Virus record (IMG/VR): IMGVR_UViG_3300037755_000468
Location: 1 to 38,590 of that record
Strand: one strand, 5' to 3'
DNA length: 38,590 bases
Origin: a virus
Lineage: Duplodnaviria; Caudoviricetes
Shown: positions 16,401 through 25,474 of the stretch, piece by piece
How positions within the stretch are numbered: position 1 is the first letter of the stretch
Layout: every line of letters starts with the position of its first letter
Translations under genes and position numbers: made by a program
The notes under the pieces: generated by a model
Database searches by the model: none
What the model was told of the DNA's origin: nothing
Seen by the model: only the letters and a program-made list of their open reading frames with translations

Positions 16401-16416
16401 GTTAGCCCGCTACGGT
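16401..16416 (+). promoter_or_regulatory. Variant box (GTTAGCCCGCTA) fused to -10 TACGGT
   Basis: One mismatch to TAGCGCGCTA; 6 nt to ATG 16423. Confidence 0.6.
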
Positions 16417-16422
16417 GGGGTG

Positions 16423-17229
16423 ATGACAGATCACCCCACCACCCCGGCCACCGTCGAGGACACGCTCGCCGCCGCCCGGGTAGCCATGCTCACCGCCCTT
16501 GAGGATCACACCAGCTCGCTAGGCGCTGTCGACCTCGAGGGCCTCGTGCCCGTCATGGACGCCCTCGGGATCCCCACGGGCAAGATGGGCGAGGACGTGC
16601 GGGCAGCAGCCGAGGCGCCGGCCGAGCCCGAGGCCCGGCTGTCGCTGAACGGCGACGAGGGCATCAACGCCCGGCTGTGCCGCGCCCTCGGCGTCGACCC
16701 GAACCGGCACGTCGGCTACCGCCTCACCGTGATGGGCGGAGAGTTCCCCGCTATGGAGGTGTTCCAGCTCCCGCCGATGACCGGCGACGGGATGTTCTCC
16801 GACTCGGGCCCGGTCGCCCTCGAGGATCTGGTGGCCGACGGCGCCCGGATCGTGCCCCCGCACCTGGCCCTGTCCGAGTTCGCGCTAGCGAAGCTGCTCG
16901 ACGCTCACGCCACCCTGCAGAACCTCTGCGCCTCGCCGGTCTCCACTGACGGCGAAGAGATCGCCGAGCTACGGCGCCAACAGTTCTGGGCGTTCTCGGC
17001 GCTCGAGGCCGCCCTGTCGGGGTGGGGCGAGGCCGGCGCCCCGGACCCGAAGGTCGTCGCCGTGGTCACAGCGGTCGTCGACGAGCACGGGGTGTCGTTC
17101 ACCGCCGAGACGCCCGACGACATCGGGATCGAAGAGGGCACCGAGGTGGAGTGCTACCTCGTCCCCGTCGTCGAGCCCCACGACGTCGAGCCCGGGGACC
17201 AGCCGGTCCCGCCCGCAGACCCGGCGTAG
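16423..17229 (+). CDS. Acidic hypothetical protein
   Basis: ATG 16423 (MTDHPTT), long ORF with coding-like codon use. Confidence 0.75.
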   Translation: MTDHPTTPATVEDTLAAARVAMLTALEDHTSSLGAVDLEGLVPVMDALGIPTGKMGEDVRAAAEAPAEPEARLSLNGDEGINARLCRALGVDPNRHVGYRLTVMGGEFPAMEVFQLPPMTGDGMFSDSGPVALEDLVADGARIVPPHLALSEFALAKLLDAHATLQNLCASPVSTDGEEIAELRRQQFWAFSALEAALSGWGEAGAPDPKVVAVVTAVVDEHGVSFTAETPDDIGIEEGTEVECYLVPVVEPHDVEPGDQPVPPADPA

Positions 17230-17271
17230 CACCCTGACCAGCGAGAGGGCCTCGGCGTAGGATGCCCGCCG

Positions 17272-17568
17272 ATGGCCCTCTTGCTGCTGGTCGCTCTGGC
17301 CCTTACGTCGTACCGGGTGACCCGCCTCCTGGTCGTCGACGAATTCCCACCTATCAAGGTGCAGCGCGTGCGCCTCGCGGAACGGTGGGGGCCCGAGTCC
17401 TCCTGGACGTACCTCTCTCGCTGCCCGTGGTGCGCCGGGGTGTGGGTGTCGGGTCTGCTCACCCTCGCCACGTGGCTAGCGGTCGACAGCGTCCCGGTGC
17501 CGTTCCTCATGTGGGGCGCAGCCGCAGCGGTCTCCGGGTTCGTGTCGGCCGTCGAGCCCGAGGGTTGA
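17272..17568 (+). CDS. DUF1360-like membrane protein
   Basis: YRVTRLLVVD...YLSRCPWCAGVWVS with TM helices; precedes the portal; TAGGAT -10-like box 8 nt upstream. Confidence 0.8.
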   Translation: MALLLLVALALTSYRVTRLLVVDEFPPIKVQRVRLAERWGPESSWTYLSRCPWCAGVWVSGLLTLATWLAVDSVPVPFLMWGAAAAVSGFVSAVEPEG

Positions 17569-17571
17569 CCG

Positions 17572-19506
17572 GTGGGCGACCGGCTCCCGATCGAGACCCC
17601 GGCCCCGTCCCGCGCCGGGCGCATGCTCACCGCCGCCGCCCGCATCCTCGAGCCGAACCGGGTCGACGCTCCGCACGCCTACCCGTGGCACGACGAGGCG
17701 TGGCGCATGCGGAACACCACCGGCGAGATCCGGTTTGCCGAAATGTGGTTGTCGTCGGTGCTGTCGCGGTGCCGTCTGTTCGCCGCGATCCGCACGGCAC
17801 CTGACGCCGAGCCCGAGCCCGTCGAGGACGGGATCGCCGCCGAGCTCATGGCCAGGTTTGCCGGCGGGGTGGGCGGCCAGGCCGGGTTCCTCCGCATGTT
17901 CGCCCCGCAGCTCCTCACTCCCGGCGTCGGGTACATGGTCGGGATCCCCTCGGTGCTCACCGCCGACCGGTGGACCGTGCACAGCGCCGACGAGATCCGG
18001 CTGTCGTCCGCGTCGCACCCCGAGTTTCCCGGCGTCCCGCTCTGGGAGGTACGCCGAGGCGAGGGCCCCCAGGACTGGGAGGTGATGCCCCCGGGCACCC
18101 TCGCGGTGAAAGGCCACCGCCCGCACCCGCGGTACTCGTGGGACCCGGACTCCCCGGTTCGTGGCGCCCTGCCGATCCTCCGGGAGCTGACGCTGCTCAC
18201 GCAGCACGTCGAGGCCATGGCGACCAGCCGCCTGGCCGGCGCCGGCATCTTCGCCATGGACGCCGGGATTCAATTCCCCCAGGGCTGGGACAAGTGGGTG
18301 GAGGAATTCCTAGCCACGGTCACTAAGCCGATCCGTGACCGAATGCTGGCCGGTGCTTACGCCCCGTTCCCCCTGCGGGTGCCGTTGGCTAAGGGCGAGA
18401 AAATCGCCGACAAGCTGCACCACCTCATGTTCAACACCCCGTTTGACGAGCACTCCATGGAGCTACGGGGCGAGGCCCTCAACCGGCTGGCCACGGCCAT
18501 GGACATGCCGGCGAAGATTCTCACCGGGGAGTCGTCGAACCACTGGGGCGATTGGCACGTCGACGAGCAGGGCATAACGATCCACGCCGAGCCGAACCTC
18601 GAGCTGATTTGCGAGGCGCTCACGATCGGATATCTGCGCCCGGGGATGCTGCTCGGCGAGCGCCGGCTAGCGGCCGAGGCCGCCGGTCCGAACGTGGTGC
18701 AGCTCCGTGAGGCGATCCGGCCCGAGCCCGGCCAGCCCGAGCTAATCGTTTGGTACGACACCAGCGACCTGCACACCCAGCCGGACACCGCCGGGAACGC
18801 GTTGCAGCTCCACGAGCGCCTCGTGATCGACGACGACGACCTCCGCACCGGGACCGGGGTTGTCGGCCAGGCCCCCGAGGGCGACGCGCTCGCACGCATG
18901 GTGTGGGTGAAGATGCTCGACAGCAACGACCCCGCCATCGTGCGCAAGGCGCTGGTGCAGCTCGGCCTAGCCGAGGAGTCCGACTTCCCCGCCGCGCCGG
19001 TGCCCGTCACGGCCCCGCCGGCCGAGGCCCCCGCCGATGACGAGGCCCCAGCCAACCCCGGCGGCCCGCCTGGCACCGAGGGCGACCCCGAGCCCCGCCG
19101 CATCGCTCCGCCGGGCCAGGCCCCGGCCCGGGCCCCGGCCGCCGCGGCAGGGCTGGTGTCGGCCGAGGCGCTCATGGTCGCCGCCGACGGGCTCGTGTTC
19201 CGGGCGCTCGAGAAGGCCGGGAACCGGTTGCGTCAGGCCATGCGCCGCGTGCCCGGTGGGCCCCCGGACTGCGCGGCCGTGATGGTCCACACCGAGTGCA
19301 ACGCCGGTCGGCATCGCTCGGCCGACGCGCTGCTCGAGGGCGCATGGGACCGGCTCCCCGAGATCGCCGCCCGGATCGGTGAACCGGCCGACGCCCTGCA
19401 GGCCGTCCTCGACGACTACGCCCGGACGCTCATACAGACGCGGCTACCGCACTCGTGGGACATGCTCGCCGTGGCCCTCGGCGTCGACGGGGAGCTCGCA
19501 GCATGA
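17572..19506 (+). CDS. Portal protein
   Basis: WHDEAW...GEIRFAEMWLSSVLSRCRL, DSPVRGALPILREL...SRLAGAGI and NHWGDW resemble actinophage portals; position between terL and the head genes. Confidence 0.85.
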   Translation: MGDRLPIETPAPSRAGRMLTAAARILEPNRVDAPHAYPWHDEAWRMRNTTGEIRFAEMWLSSVLSRCRLFAAIRTAPDAEPEPVEDGIAAELMARFAGGVGGQAGFLRMFAPQLLTPGVGYMVGIPSVLTADRWTVHSADEIRLSSASHPEFPGVPLWEVRRGEGPQDWEVMPPGTLAVKGHRPHPRYSWDPDSPVRGALPILRELTLLTQHVEAMATSRLAGAGIFAMDAGIQFPQGWDKWVEEFLATVTKPIRDRMLAGAYAPFPLRVPLAKGEKIADKLHHLMFNTPFDEHSMELRGEALNRLATAMDMPAKILTGESSNHWGDWHVDEQGITIHAEPNLELICEALTIGYLRPGMLLGERRLAAEAAGPNVVQLREAIRPEPGQPELIVWYDTSDLHTQPDTAGNALQLHERLVIDDDDLRTGTGVVGQAPEGDALARMVWVKMLDSNDPAIVRKALVQLGLAEESDFPAAPVPVTAPPAEAPADDEAPANPGGPPGTEGDPEPRRIAPPGQAPARAPAAAAGLVSAEALMVAADGLVFRALEKAGNRLRQAMRRVPGGPPDCAAVMVHTECNAGRHRSADALLEGAWDRLPEIAARIGEPADALQAVLDDYARTLIQTRLPHSWDMLAVALGVDGELAA

Positions 19507-22500
19507 CGAGGGCCGCCCACCTCGCTGCTGTGCGGGAGCTAGAGGCCGCGGCCGACGGGCTCGTGTTCGACGCTCTGTCCTCGGTGCTGGCCCGGGTGGC
19601 CGGCGGCCTGGCAGCTGTGACCGCCGCAGCCGACGACGCGCCGGCCGACCCGCTGATCTCGGTGGACGACACGGCCCGCCTGCCGGTGGAGTGGACGCTA
19701 GAGATAGACGGGCGGTTGCTCCCCTGGTATCGGGAGGTGTACGACGCCGGGGCCGGCGCAGCGCTCGAGCAGGTGGCCGAGATGCGCCGCCCGGCGGACC
19801 TGCTGCCCGAGGTGGCCGACGACGTGGCCGACGACATGCCGGGAGATATGCCGGCCGACGAGCGGGCCGAGCTGCTGGCCCGCCGGGCCGACCCCGAGCT
19901 GATCGACCCCGAGGACGTCGCCGACGGGCCCGAGCTCGACAGGCGCGCCCCGTTCGTAATCGACACCGACCGGGATCCGCTGCTGCTGAACGACTCGGCG
20001 ACCCGGCACCTAGCCGGCGCCCGCAACCGGTTCCTCGAGGTGGGCGACGACATCTGGTCCGACGCCCGGGAAGCGCTACTCGACGGCATGGCGCGGGGCG
20101 ACGGGATCGAGGCCATGCGCCGCCGTTTCGAGCAGGTCGTCGACGTCGGCCGGGCGAAGGCCTCGGCGATCGCCCGCACCGAGGTGATCTCAGCAGCGAA
20201 CGCCGGGAGCACCGCGCAGGTGCGGGCGATGGGCGCCGCCGCCCCGAATTACAAGCAATGGCTCAGCACGATGGACGGCCGGACCCGGCCGACGCACCGC
20301 CACGCCGATGGCCAGGTCGTCGAGCTGTCGGCGAAGTTCGCCGTCGGGAGCGACTCGCTCGACTACCCCGGCGACCCCGAGGGCGCGAACCGTGAGGTGA
20401 TCAACTGCCGGTGCACGGTCCTCTACGTGGACGACCCGGCCGGCGAGGATCTCGGCGCGGTCCCCGGCCGGCAGCGTGGCGGCGTCGACGAAGAGACCGG
20501 CGAGATCGCCCCTGCTGCGTCGGTGGTGACGGCGGCTGCTGTCCCGGCGCCCGACCAGGTGGACAGCACCACCGGCGAGCCCTTCACCACGGGCATGGTC
20601 GCTCTGATCCCCTCCGACGCCGACCTCGAGCGCCTCGCCGGTGTGGGCGAGCCCGTCGAGGCGCTGCACCTGACCCTGCTGTACCTCGGCGAGTCGGCCG
20701 ACATGCCCGAGGCTGTGGCCGCCGGGTTCCTCGAGGCCGCCGAGCAGACCACCGCCACGATGCCGGTCCTGGTGGCCGAGGCGTTCGGCGCGGCGGTGTG
20801 GAACCCCTACGGCGACTCCCCGTCGCTGGTCCTGAACATCGGCGGCGAGGGCCTCACGGCCGCTCGGGACTGGACCTACGACCTGGCTGTCGACGCTGTC
20901 CAGGCCGCAGCGGAGGCCACCGAGGACGGCCTACCCGGGTGGGAGCTGCCGGCGCAGCACGTCCCGTGGGTGGCGCACGTGTGCCTGGCCTACGCCGATG
21001 ACCCCGGGATCCTCATGCCCGAGGCCCTGGCCCGCCTCGGCCCGATCCGTTTCGACCGCATGCGCGTGGCCCTCGGTGGCGAGGCGTACGACTTCCCCCT
21101 GCTCGACACGTCCGTCGAGATGTCCGGCGCTGGCATACAGACCGACGTTGCAACCGGAGGCCCCGAGATGACCGACCCGGCGAACCCCGAAGAGGTGATC
21201 GAGCCCCTGCCCGGTGAGCACTTCCACGCCATCGGTCACGTGCAGGGGGTGAGCACCGGCCGCCGGACCTTCACGAACACCGAGTGGCGGTCCCCGCCGT
21301 TCGCGTTCCACTGGCAGCGCAGCAGCTCGGCGCACGGTGGCACCCCCGAGGTGCTGCAGGCCGGCCTCGTCACCCGGGTGGTGGTCGCCGGTCCCACGAT
21401 GCACATGTTCGGGCCGCTCGACATCGCCGGGCCCGTGGGCGCCGAGTACGCCCGCCAGCTCGTGACGGGGTTCGCCCGGTGGGTGTCGATCGGCCTCGAC
21501 GAGCAGCCGGTGAAGGTCACCTACGTCTGGCCCGACGGCACCGAGGGCGACGACCCCCTCGCCTCTTTCGAGGAACCCTCACAGATCATCTTCGACGGCG
21601 GGACCATCGGTGAGCTGACGGGCACGAGCATCCCCGCGCAGGCCGACGCCACGATCGAGGCGACGCCCGAGCTCATCGCCGCCATGGGCGGAACGGCGCC
21701 GGCCGAGCAGCCCGAGCCCGACGAGCCCGAGGACGACGAAGAGGACGACGAGCGGCCCCCGCTCGAGCTGGCCGCCGGTGCGCGCCCGGGCCGCGCACGC
21801 CCCACCCCGATGCTGCGGGTCGCCGCTTCCGTCGCGCGGTCGGGCCGCGCAGCAGGGCACGGGTTCGCCGACCGGGTGCAGGCCCTGACCGCCGCGGCGT
21901 ACCGCATGGAGATCCCCGACCTACCGCCGGCCGAGTGGTTCGACGAGCCCCCCCACGATCTCCCCATGGAGGGCGCGCTCAACGTCGACGACAACGGCCG
22001 GATCTGGGGTCTGCTCGCCCCCCTCGGTGTGAACCACCGGGCCTACGCGAAGTCGTACCAGCGTCAGGAGGTGCCGTTCGGGAACGTCGACTACGACCGG
22101 TTCAACGGCGCCGGCGCGCTCACCGCTGCCGGCCGGGTCCCTGCCGGTGCGCTCACCATGGATTGCGGGCACGCCCCGCAGTGGCGGCCCGACGGCGAGG
22201 CCGGCCCGGCCCACTACGACAACGCGTGTTCGATCATCGGCGCGGTGCGGGCCGGGGAGTCCACCCGCCCGGGTCTGCGTGGGGTGTGGATCGCCGGGGC
22301 GCTCATGCCCGGGGTCAAGCCCGACCAGGTGGCCCGCATGCTGGCGTGCCGGTGCTCCGGGGACTGGCAGCCTCACGGCGACAAGGTGGGGTGGTCCGAG
22401 CTGATCGCGTGTCTGCTGGTCCCGTCGCCGGGGTTCGCCACGGGTGGGATGGAAGCGAGCTACTCGCCCGGTGGTGTCCTGGTGGCCTCGAGCGTTCCCG

Positions 22501-22625
22501 TGCACCTGGCCGAGGCGCCGGCTCGGGCGCCGCTGGCGTCGGTCATCGACCACATCGCGGCGACGGCGGGGGCCACTCCGGCGGCCCGTATCGCCGACAT
22601 CGCTGCAACGATCCGGGAGGACTGA
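19503..22625 (+). CDS. Head morphogenesis fusion: MuF + 2H phosphoesterase + probable capsid maturation protease region
   Basis: MuF: AIARTEV..KQWLSTMDGRTRPTH..YPGDP..EVINCRC. 2H motifs: HLTL (20667) and HVCL (20976). C-terminal part assigned by synteny and the G.W.AG..SGDW motifs. Confidence 0.8.
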   Translation: MTRAAHLAAVRELEAAADGLVFDALSSVLARVAGGLAAVTAAADDAPADPLISVDDTARLPVEWTLEIDGRLLPWYREVYDAGAGAALEQVAEMRRPADLLPEVADDVADDMPGDMPADERAELLARRADPELIDPEDVADGPELDRRAPFVIDTDRDPLLLNDSATRHLAGARNRFLEVGDDIWSDAREALLDGMARGDGIEAMRRRFEQVVDVGRAKASAIARTEVISAANAGSTAQVRAMGAAAPNYKQWLSTMDGRTRPTHRHADGQVVELSAKFAVGSDSLDYPGDPEGANREVINCRCTVLYVDDPAGEDLGAVPGRQRGGVDEETGEIAPAASVVTAAAVPAPDQVDSTTGEPFTTGMVALIPSDADLERLAGVGEPVEALHLTLLYLGESADMPEAVAAGFLEAAEQTTATMPVLVAEAFGAAVWNPYGDSPSLVLNIGGEGLTAARDWTYDLAVDAVQAAAEATEDGLPGWELPAQHVPWVAHVCLAYADDPGILMPEALARLGPIRFDRMRVALGGEAYDFPLLDTSVEMSGAGIQTDVATGGPEMTDPANPEEVIEPLPGEHFHAIGHVQGVSTGRRTFTNTEWRSPPFAFHWQRSSSAHGGTPEVLQAGLVTRVVVAGPTMHMFGPLDIAGPVGAEYARQLVTGFARWVSIGLDEQPVKVTYVWPDGTEGDDPLASFEEPSQIIFDGGTIGELTGTSIPAQADATIEATPELIAAMGGTAPAEQPEPDEPEDDEEDDERPPLELAAGARPGRARPTPMLRVAASVARSGRAAGHGFADRVQALTAAAYRMEIPDLPPAEWFDEPPHDLPMEGALNVDDNGRIWGLLAPLGVNHRAYAKSYQRQEVPFGNVDYDRFNGAGALTAAGRVPAGALTMDCGHAPQWRPDGEAGPAHYDNACSIIGAVRAGESTRPGLRGVWIAGALMPGVKPDQVARMLACRCSGDWQPHGDKVGWSELIACLLVPSPGFATGGMEASYSPGGVLVASSVPVHLAEAPARAPLASVIDHIAATAGATPAARIADIAATIRED

Positions 22626-22628
22626 GCC

Positions 22629-22865
22629 ATGGCGTGTGGAGGTTGCGGAGGTGCCCGCCTGTCGAGCCCGCTCACATCGGGAGACTTCGCGACGGCGGCC
22701 GAGCCGGTGACGGCGGAAACCGCGTCGTTCAAGGTGATCACCGACGACTACGAAGCGGGCGACCCCGCCTCCGGAGTGGAAGAGTCCGGGGTCACCTACC
22801 ACGCTTCCTACCGTGCGGCCCGGATCCACCAGGTGCAGCACGGCGGGAAGTTGCGGGCCACATGA
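22629..22865 (+). CDS. Small head-module protein (MACGGC N-terminus)
   Basis: GGAGG RBS; ends GGKLRAT; located between the protease and capsid genes. Confidence 0.7.
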   Translation: MACGGCGGARLSSPLTSGDFATAAEPVTAETASFKVITDDYEAGDPASGVEESGVTYHASYRAARIHQVQHGGKLRAT

Positions 22866-22921
22866 CAGGAGACACCAGCGATGCAGCAACCGGCACGCCA
22901 TGAGGCGCAGCGCGGTGCAGC

Positions 22922-23209
22922 GTGAAGCGATCGCCCATCCGGACCCTGTGGGCGAATTGGCCAACGCTGCGGGGCATGGCCTCGTGGGTCGTGGGGGCGT
23001 ACTGGGGGAACATCGTGATTCACGACCCGGGCCCGACCGACTGGGGCAACGTGCTCCTGGTGGCCGGGGCCATGGCTCTCCCGGTGGCCGAGCGGATCGA
23101 CGCTCGCCGTCACCTCGAGCGGATCGCCCCGGCGGTCGTGGCGGGGTTGTCGTCGAACGGGAGCGGCGACAGCCCGAGCCCGGGCCCGGCCGAGGCCGCC
23201 ACCCGCTAG
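22922..23209 (+). CDS. Small membrane protein, two hydrophobic segments
   Basis: GMASWVVGAYWGNIVI and NVLLVAGAMALPV; start codon uncertain. Confidence 0.5.
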   Translation: MKRSPIRTLWANWPTLRGMASWVVGAYWGNIVIHDPGPTDWGNVLLVAGAMALPVAERIDARRHLERIAPAVVAGLSSNGSGDSPSPGPAEAATR

Positions 23210-23332
23210 CGGTGTGGGTGCGGTCGCATCGGGCCGAGGCTGCGCTCGGGGCGACCATGGCCGCGGTGGCCGTGTCCAAGGCCTGCGAGGCCCTGGCCTA
23301 GGATCACCGTCCCGTAGTTGGGAACGTGCGAG

Positions 23333-23362
23333 CAGCCACCGGGAGCGCGAGCCCGGTGGCTG
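23333..23362 (+). terminator. 11-bp perfect hairpin upstream of the capsid promoter
   Basis: CAGCCACCGGG-AGCGCGAG-CCCGGTGGCTG. Confidence 0.6.
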
Positions 23363-23380
23363 TCTCGCGTCTGGGGCACG

Positions 23381-23409
23381 TTGCGCGCTCCGCGCCGGTC
23401 GTGCATACT
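23381..23409 (+). promoter_or_regulatory. Putative capsid gene promoter
   Basis: TTGCGC - 17 nt - CATACT; the -35 overlaps a variant box TGCGCGCT. Confidence 0.55.
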
Positions 23410-23532
23410 GCGCGGCAGCCCCGCTCGTGATCTGGCCTAGCCGGTCCCCCGGGTGAGATAGCTCGGCCTAGTCGAGTCGCCACCGTTCACCACGCGCCCG
23501 CTGCGCGTGTCGACCGAAGGACCGACCGACTC

Positions 23533-25425
23533 ATGGCCCCTCGCCCCACCTCCACCAGTGACACCGACGCGGCCACCGGTGGCGACTCTGACGAGCTGAC
23601 CCTCCCCGAGGATCTGACCACCCTCGACGAGGACGCGCTGGGCACCGCCCGCGAGTCCTACGGCGCCGAGATCGCCCGTATCCGCGACCTCGAGGCCCCC
23701 ACGGCCGAGGACGCCGCCCGCATGGCCGAGGTGGCCGCCGCCTATCAGGCCCTCGGTTCCGAGCGCACCCGCCGGGACGACGAGGCCGCCGCCACCCGCC
23801 AGCAGATCGCCGAGGCCGCCGCCGTGCTCGAGGACGCCCCCGCCGACGGTGAGACCGTCGAGGGCGACGGCACCGAGGGCGACCCCGCTCCCGTCGAGGC
23901 GCCGGCCGACGCTCCCGCCGAGGCGCCCGCCGAGGCTGCCCCCGTGAGCGGCGAGCTGGTCGCCGCATCGGCCAACCGGTGGCCGGCCGTCCCGCGCCGG
24001 GCCACCCTGAACCGCCCCATGAGCCTGGCCGACATCGCCGGTGAGGCGAACGGCGGCCAGTACAGCGCCGAGCTCGCCGCCATGGGGATCCACGGCACGG
24101 CCGCCATGCCGTCCCGCCCTGCCTCGGCGCCCGAGCCCCCCGAGCTGGTCATCAACGCCGAGGCCGGTGTTCCCGGCATGGGCAACGGCGAGCGGATCGA
24201 GACGAACGAGGCCCTGGCCGCTGCGTTCATGGACGTGGCCGGCGGCCTCGGCGTCACCCGTGGCGCCCCGGTCAAGGCGCCCGTTGCCTCCATGCGCCGG
24301 AGCTACGCGGCCGACTACCAGGAGATGCCCGACCCCCGCGAGCTGCAGCGGGTCCTCCGGGAGATCGTGAACCCCACCCGGACCGTCGCGGGCATGTCCG
24401 CCCTCGTGGCCGCCGGTGGCTGGTGCGCCCCCTCCGAGATCCGCTACCAGTTCTTCGACATCTCCGGCGGCCCGACCGTGTGGGACGCCCCCCAGGTCGG
24501 CATCAACCGCGGTGGCCTCCGCTGGCCGATCTCGCTCAGCCTCGCCGGGTTCTTCGGGATCTCCGGCACCCCGCCCTCGGGTGTGCCCTCGGCCGCCACC
24601 ATGCCGTGGCTGTGGACGGAGGCCGACGACCTGGCCACCATCACCGGCAGCGGGGCAAAGCTGTGCCTGCGGCCCCCGTGCCCCAGCTTCGACGAGCGCC
24701 GGCTCGAGGCGTTCGGTATCTGCGTCCTGAACGGCAACTTCGCCGACGAGGCCTACCCCGAGCTGATCCGGCACTTCCTCGGCCTGACCACGGTCGCCCA
24801 CGAGCGGGTGATGAACCGCCGGCACCTGGCCCTCGCCGCCGCCGGCTCCACCGCCGTGACCCTCACGACCGGCGACGTCGGCGCGTCCACCTCGGCGATC
24901 CTCGGCGGAACCGAGCTGCTCGCGATCCACGAGCGTGAGAAGTTCGGCATGCCCCCCGGCGCCGTCATCGAGGCCGTGTTCCCCTCGTGGCTGCGAGGCA
25001 ACATGCGCAGCGACCTGACGAAGCGCATGGGGTTCAACGACCTGGCCGTGACCGACGCCTACCTCATGTCGCTGTTCGACGCCCGGAACATCCGGGCGCA
25101 GTTCGTGAGCGACTGGCAGACCCTCCCCGGCAACGCCGGGCCGGCCAACACGATCGGCGCGGCCACCGCTCCGACCGCCTGGCCGACCACCGTGCAGTCG
25201 CTGGTCTACGCCCCCGGCACGTGGTTCAAGGGCCGCGGCCTGCGGATCGACCTCGGCCTGATCCGGGACAGCGTCCTCAATGCCGAGAACGACCACACCG
25301 CCGCGTGGTCCGAAGAGGGCTCGCTCGTGGGCATGTTCGGCCACGAGTCGCTGCTCGCGACGCACAACCTCTGCGCCTCCGGCGAGACCGGTGGCCAGAT
25401 CGCTGTCGAGACGTGCGGCGTCTGA
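23533..25425 (+). CDS. Major capsid protein (hexamer-type) with N-terminal scaffold-like region
   Basis: Acidic coiled-coil N-terminus, then ALVAAGGWCAPSEIRY, RGGLRW, K.C..PCP.F.E.RL, AYPELI, LGLIRDS.LN.END..A.SEEG. These recall mycobacteriophage cluster B-type capsids (from memory). Confidence 0.9.
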   Translation: MAPRPTSTSDTDAATGGDSDELTLPEDLTTLDEDALGTARESYGAEIARIRDLEAPTAEDAARMAEVAAAYQALGSERTRRDDEAAATRQQIAEAAAVLEDAPADGETVEGDGTEGDPAPVEAPADAPAEAPAEAAPVSGELVAASANRWPAVPRRATLNRPMSLADIAGEANGGQYSAELAAMGIHGTAAMPSRPASAPEPPELVINAEAGVPGMGNGERIETNEALAAAFMDVAGGLGVTRGAPVKAPVASMRRSYAADYQEMPDPRELQRVLREIVNPTRTVAGMSALVAAGGWCAPSEIRYQFFDISGGPTVWDAPQVGINRGGLRWPISLSLAGFFGISGTPPSGVPSAATMPWLWTEADDLATITGSGAKLCLRPPCPSFDERRLEAFGICVLNGNFADEAYPELIRHFLGLTTVAHERVMNRRHLALAAAGSTAVTLTTGDVGASTSAILGGTELLAIHEREKFGMPPGAVIEAVFPSWLRGNMRSDLTKRMGFNDLAVTDAYLMSLFDARNIRAQFVSDWQTLPGNAGPANTIGAATAPTAWPTTVQSLVYAPGTWFKGRGLRIDLGLIRDSVLNAENDHTAAWSEEGSLVGMFGHESLLATHNLCASGETGGQIAVETCGV

Positions 25426-25474
25426 TCCGGCCCTAGGTGACCTACGCAACTACGAGCCCGGGAGGGGGTGAACG

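Noticed and set aside
22922-23209. Holin call for the small membrane protein
   Set aside because: No adjacent endolysin and only weakly hydrophobic segments, so it is left as a membrane protein.
23210-23532. tRNA or known riboswitch in the gap before the capsid gene
   Set aside because: No cloverleaf, T-loop GTTCRA or recognisable aptamer consensus; only the hairpins and promoter reported above.
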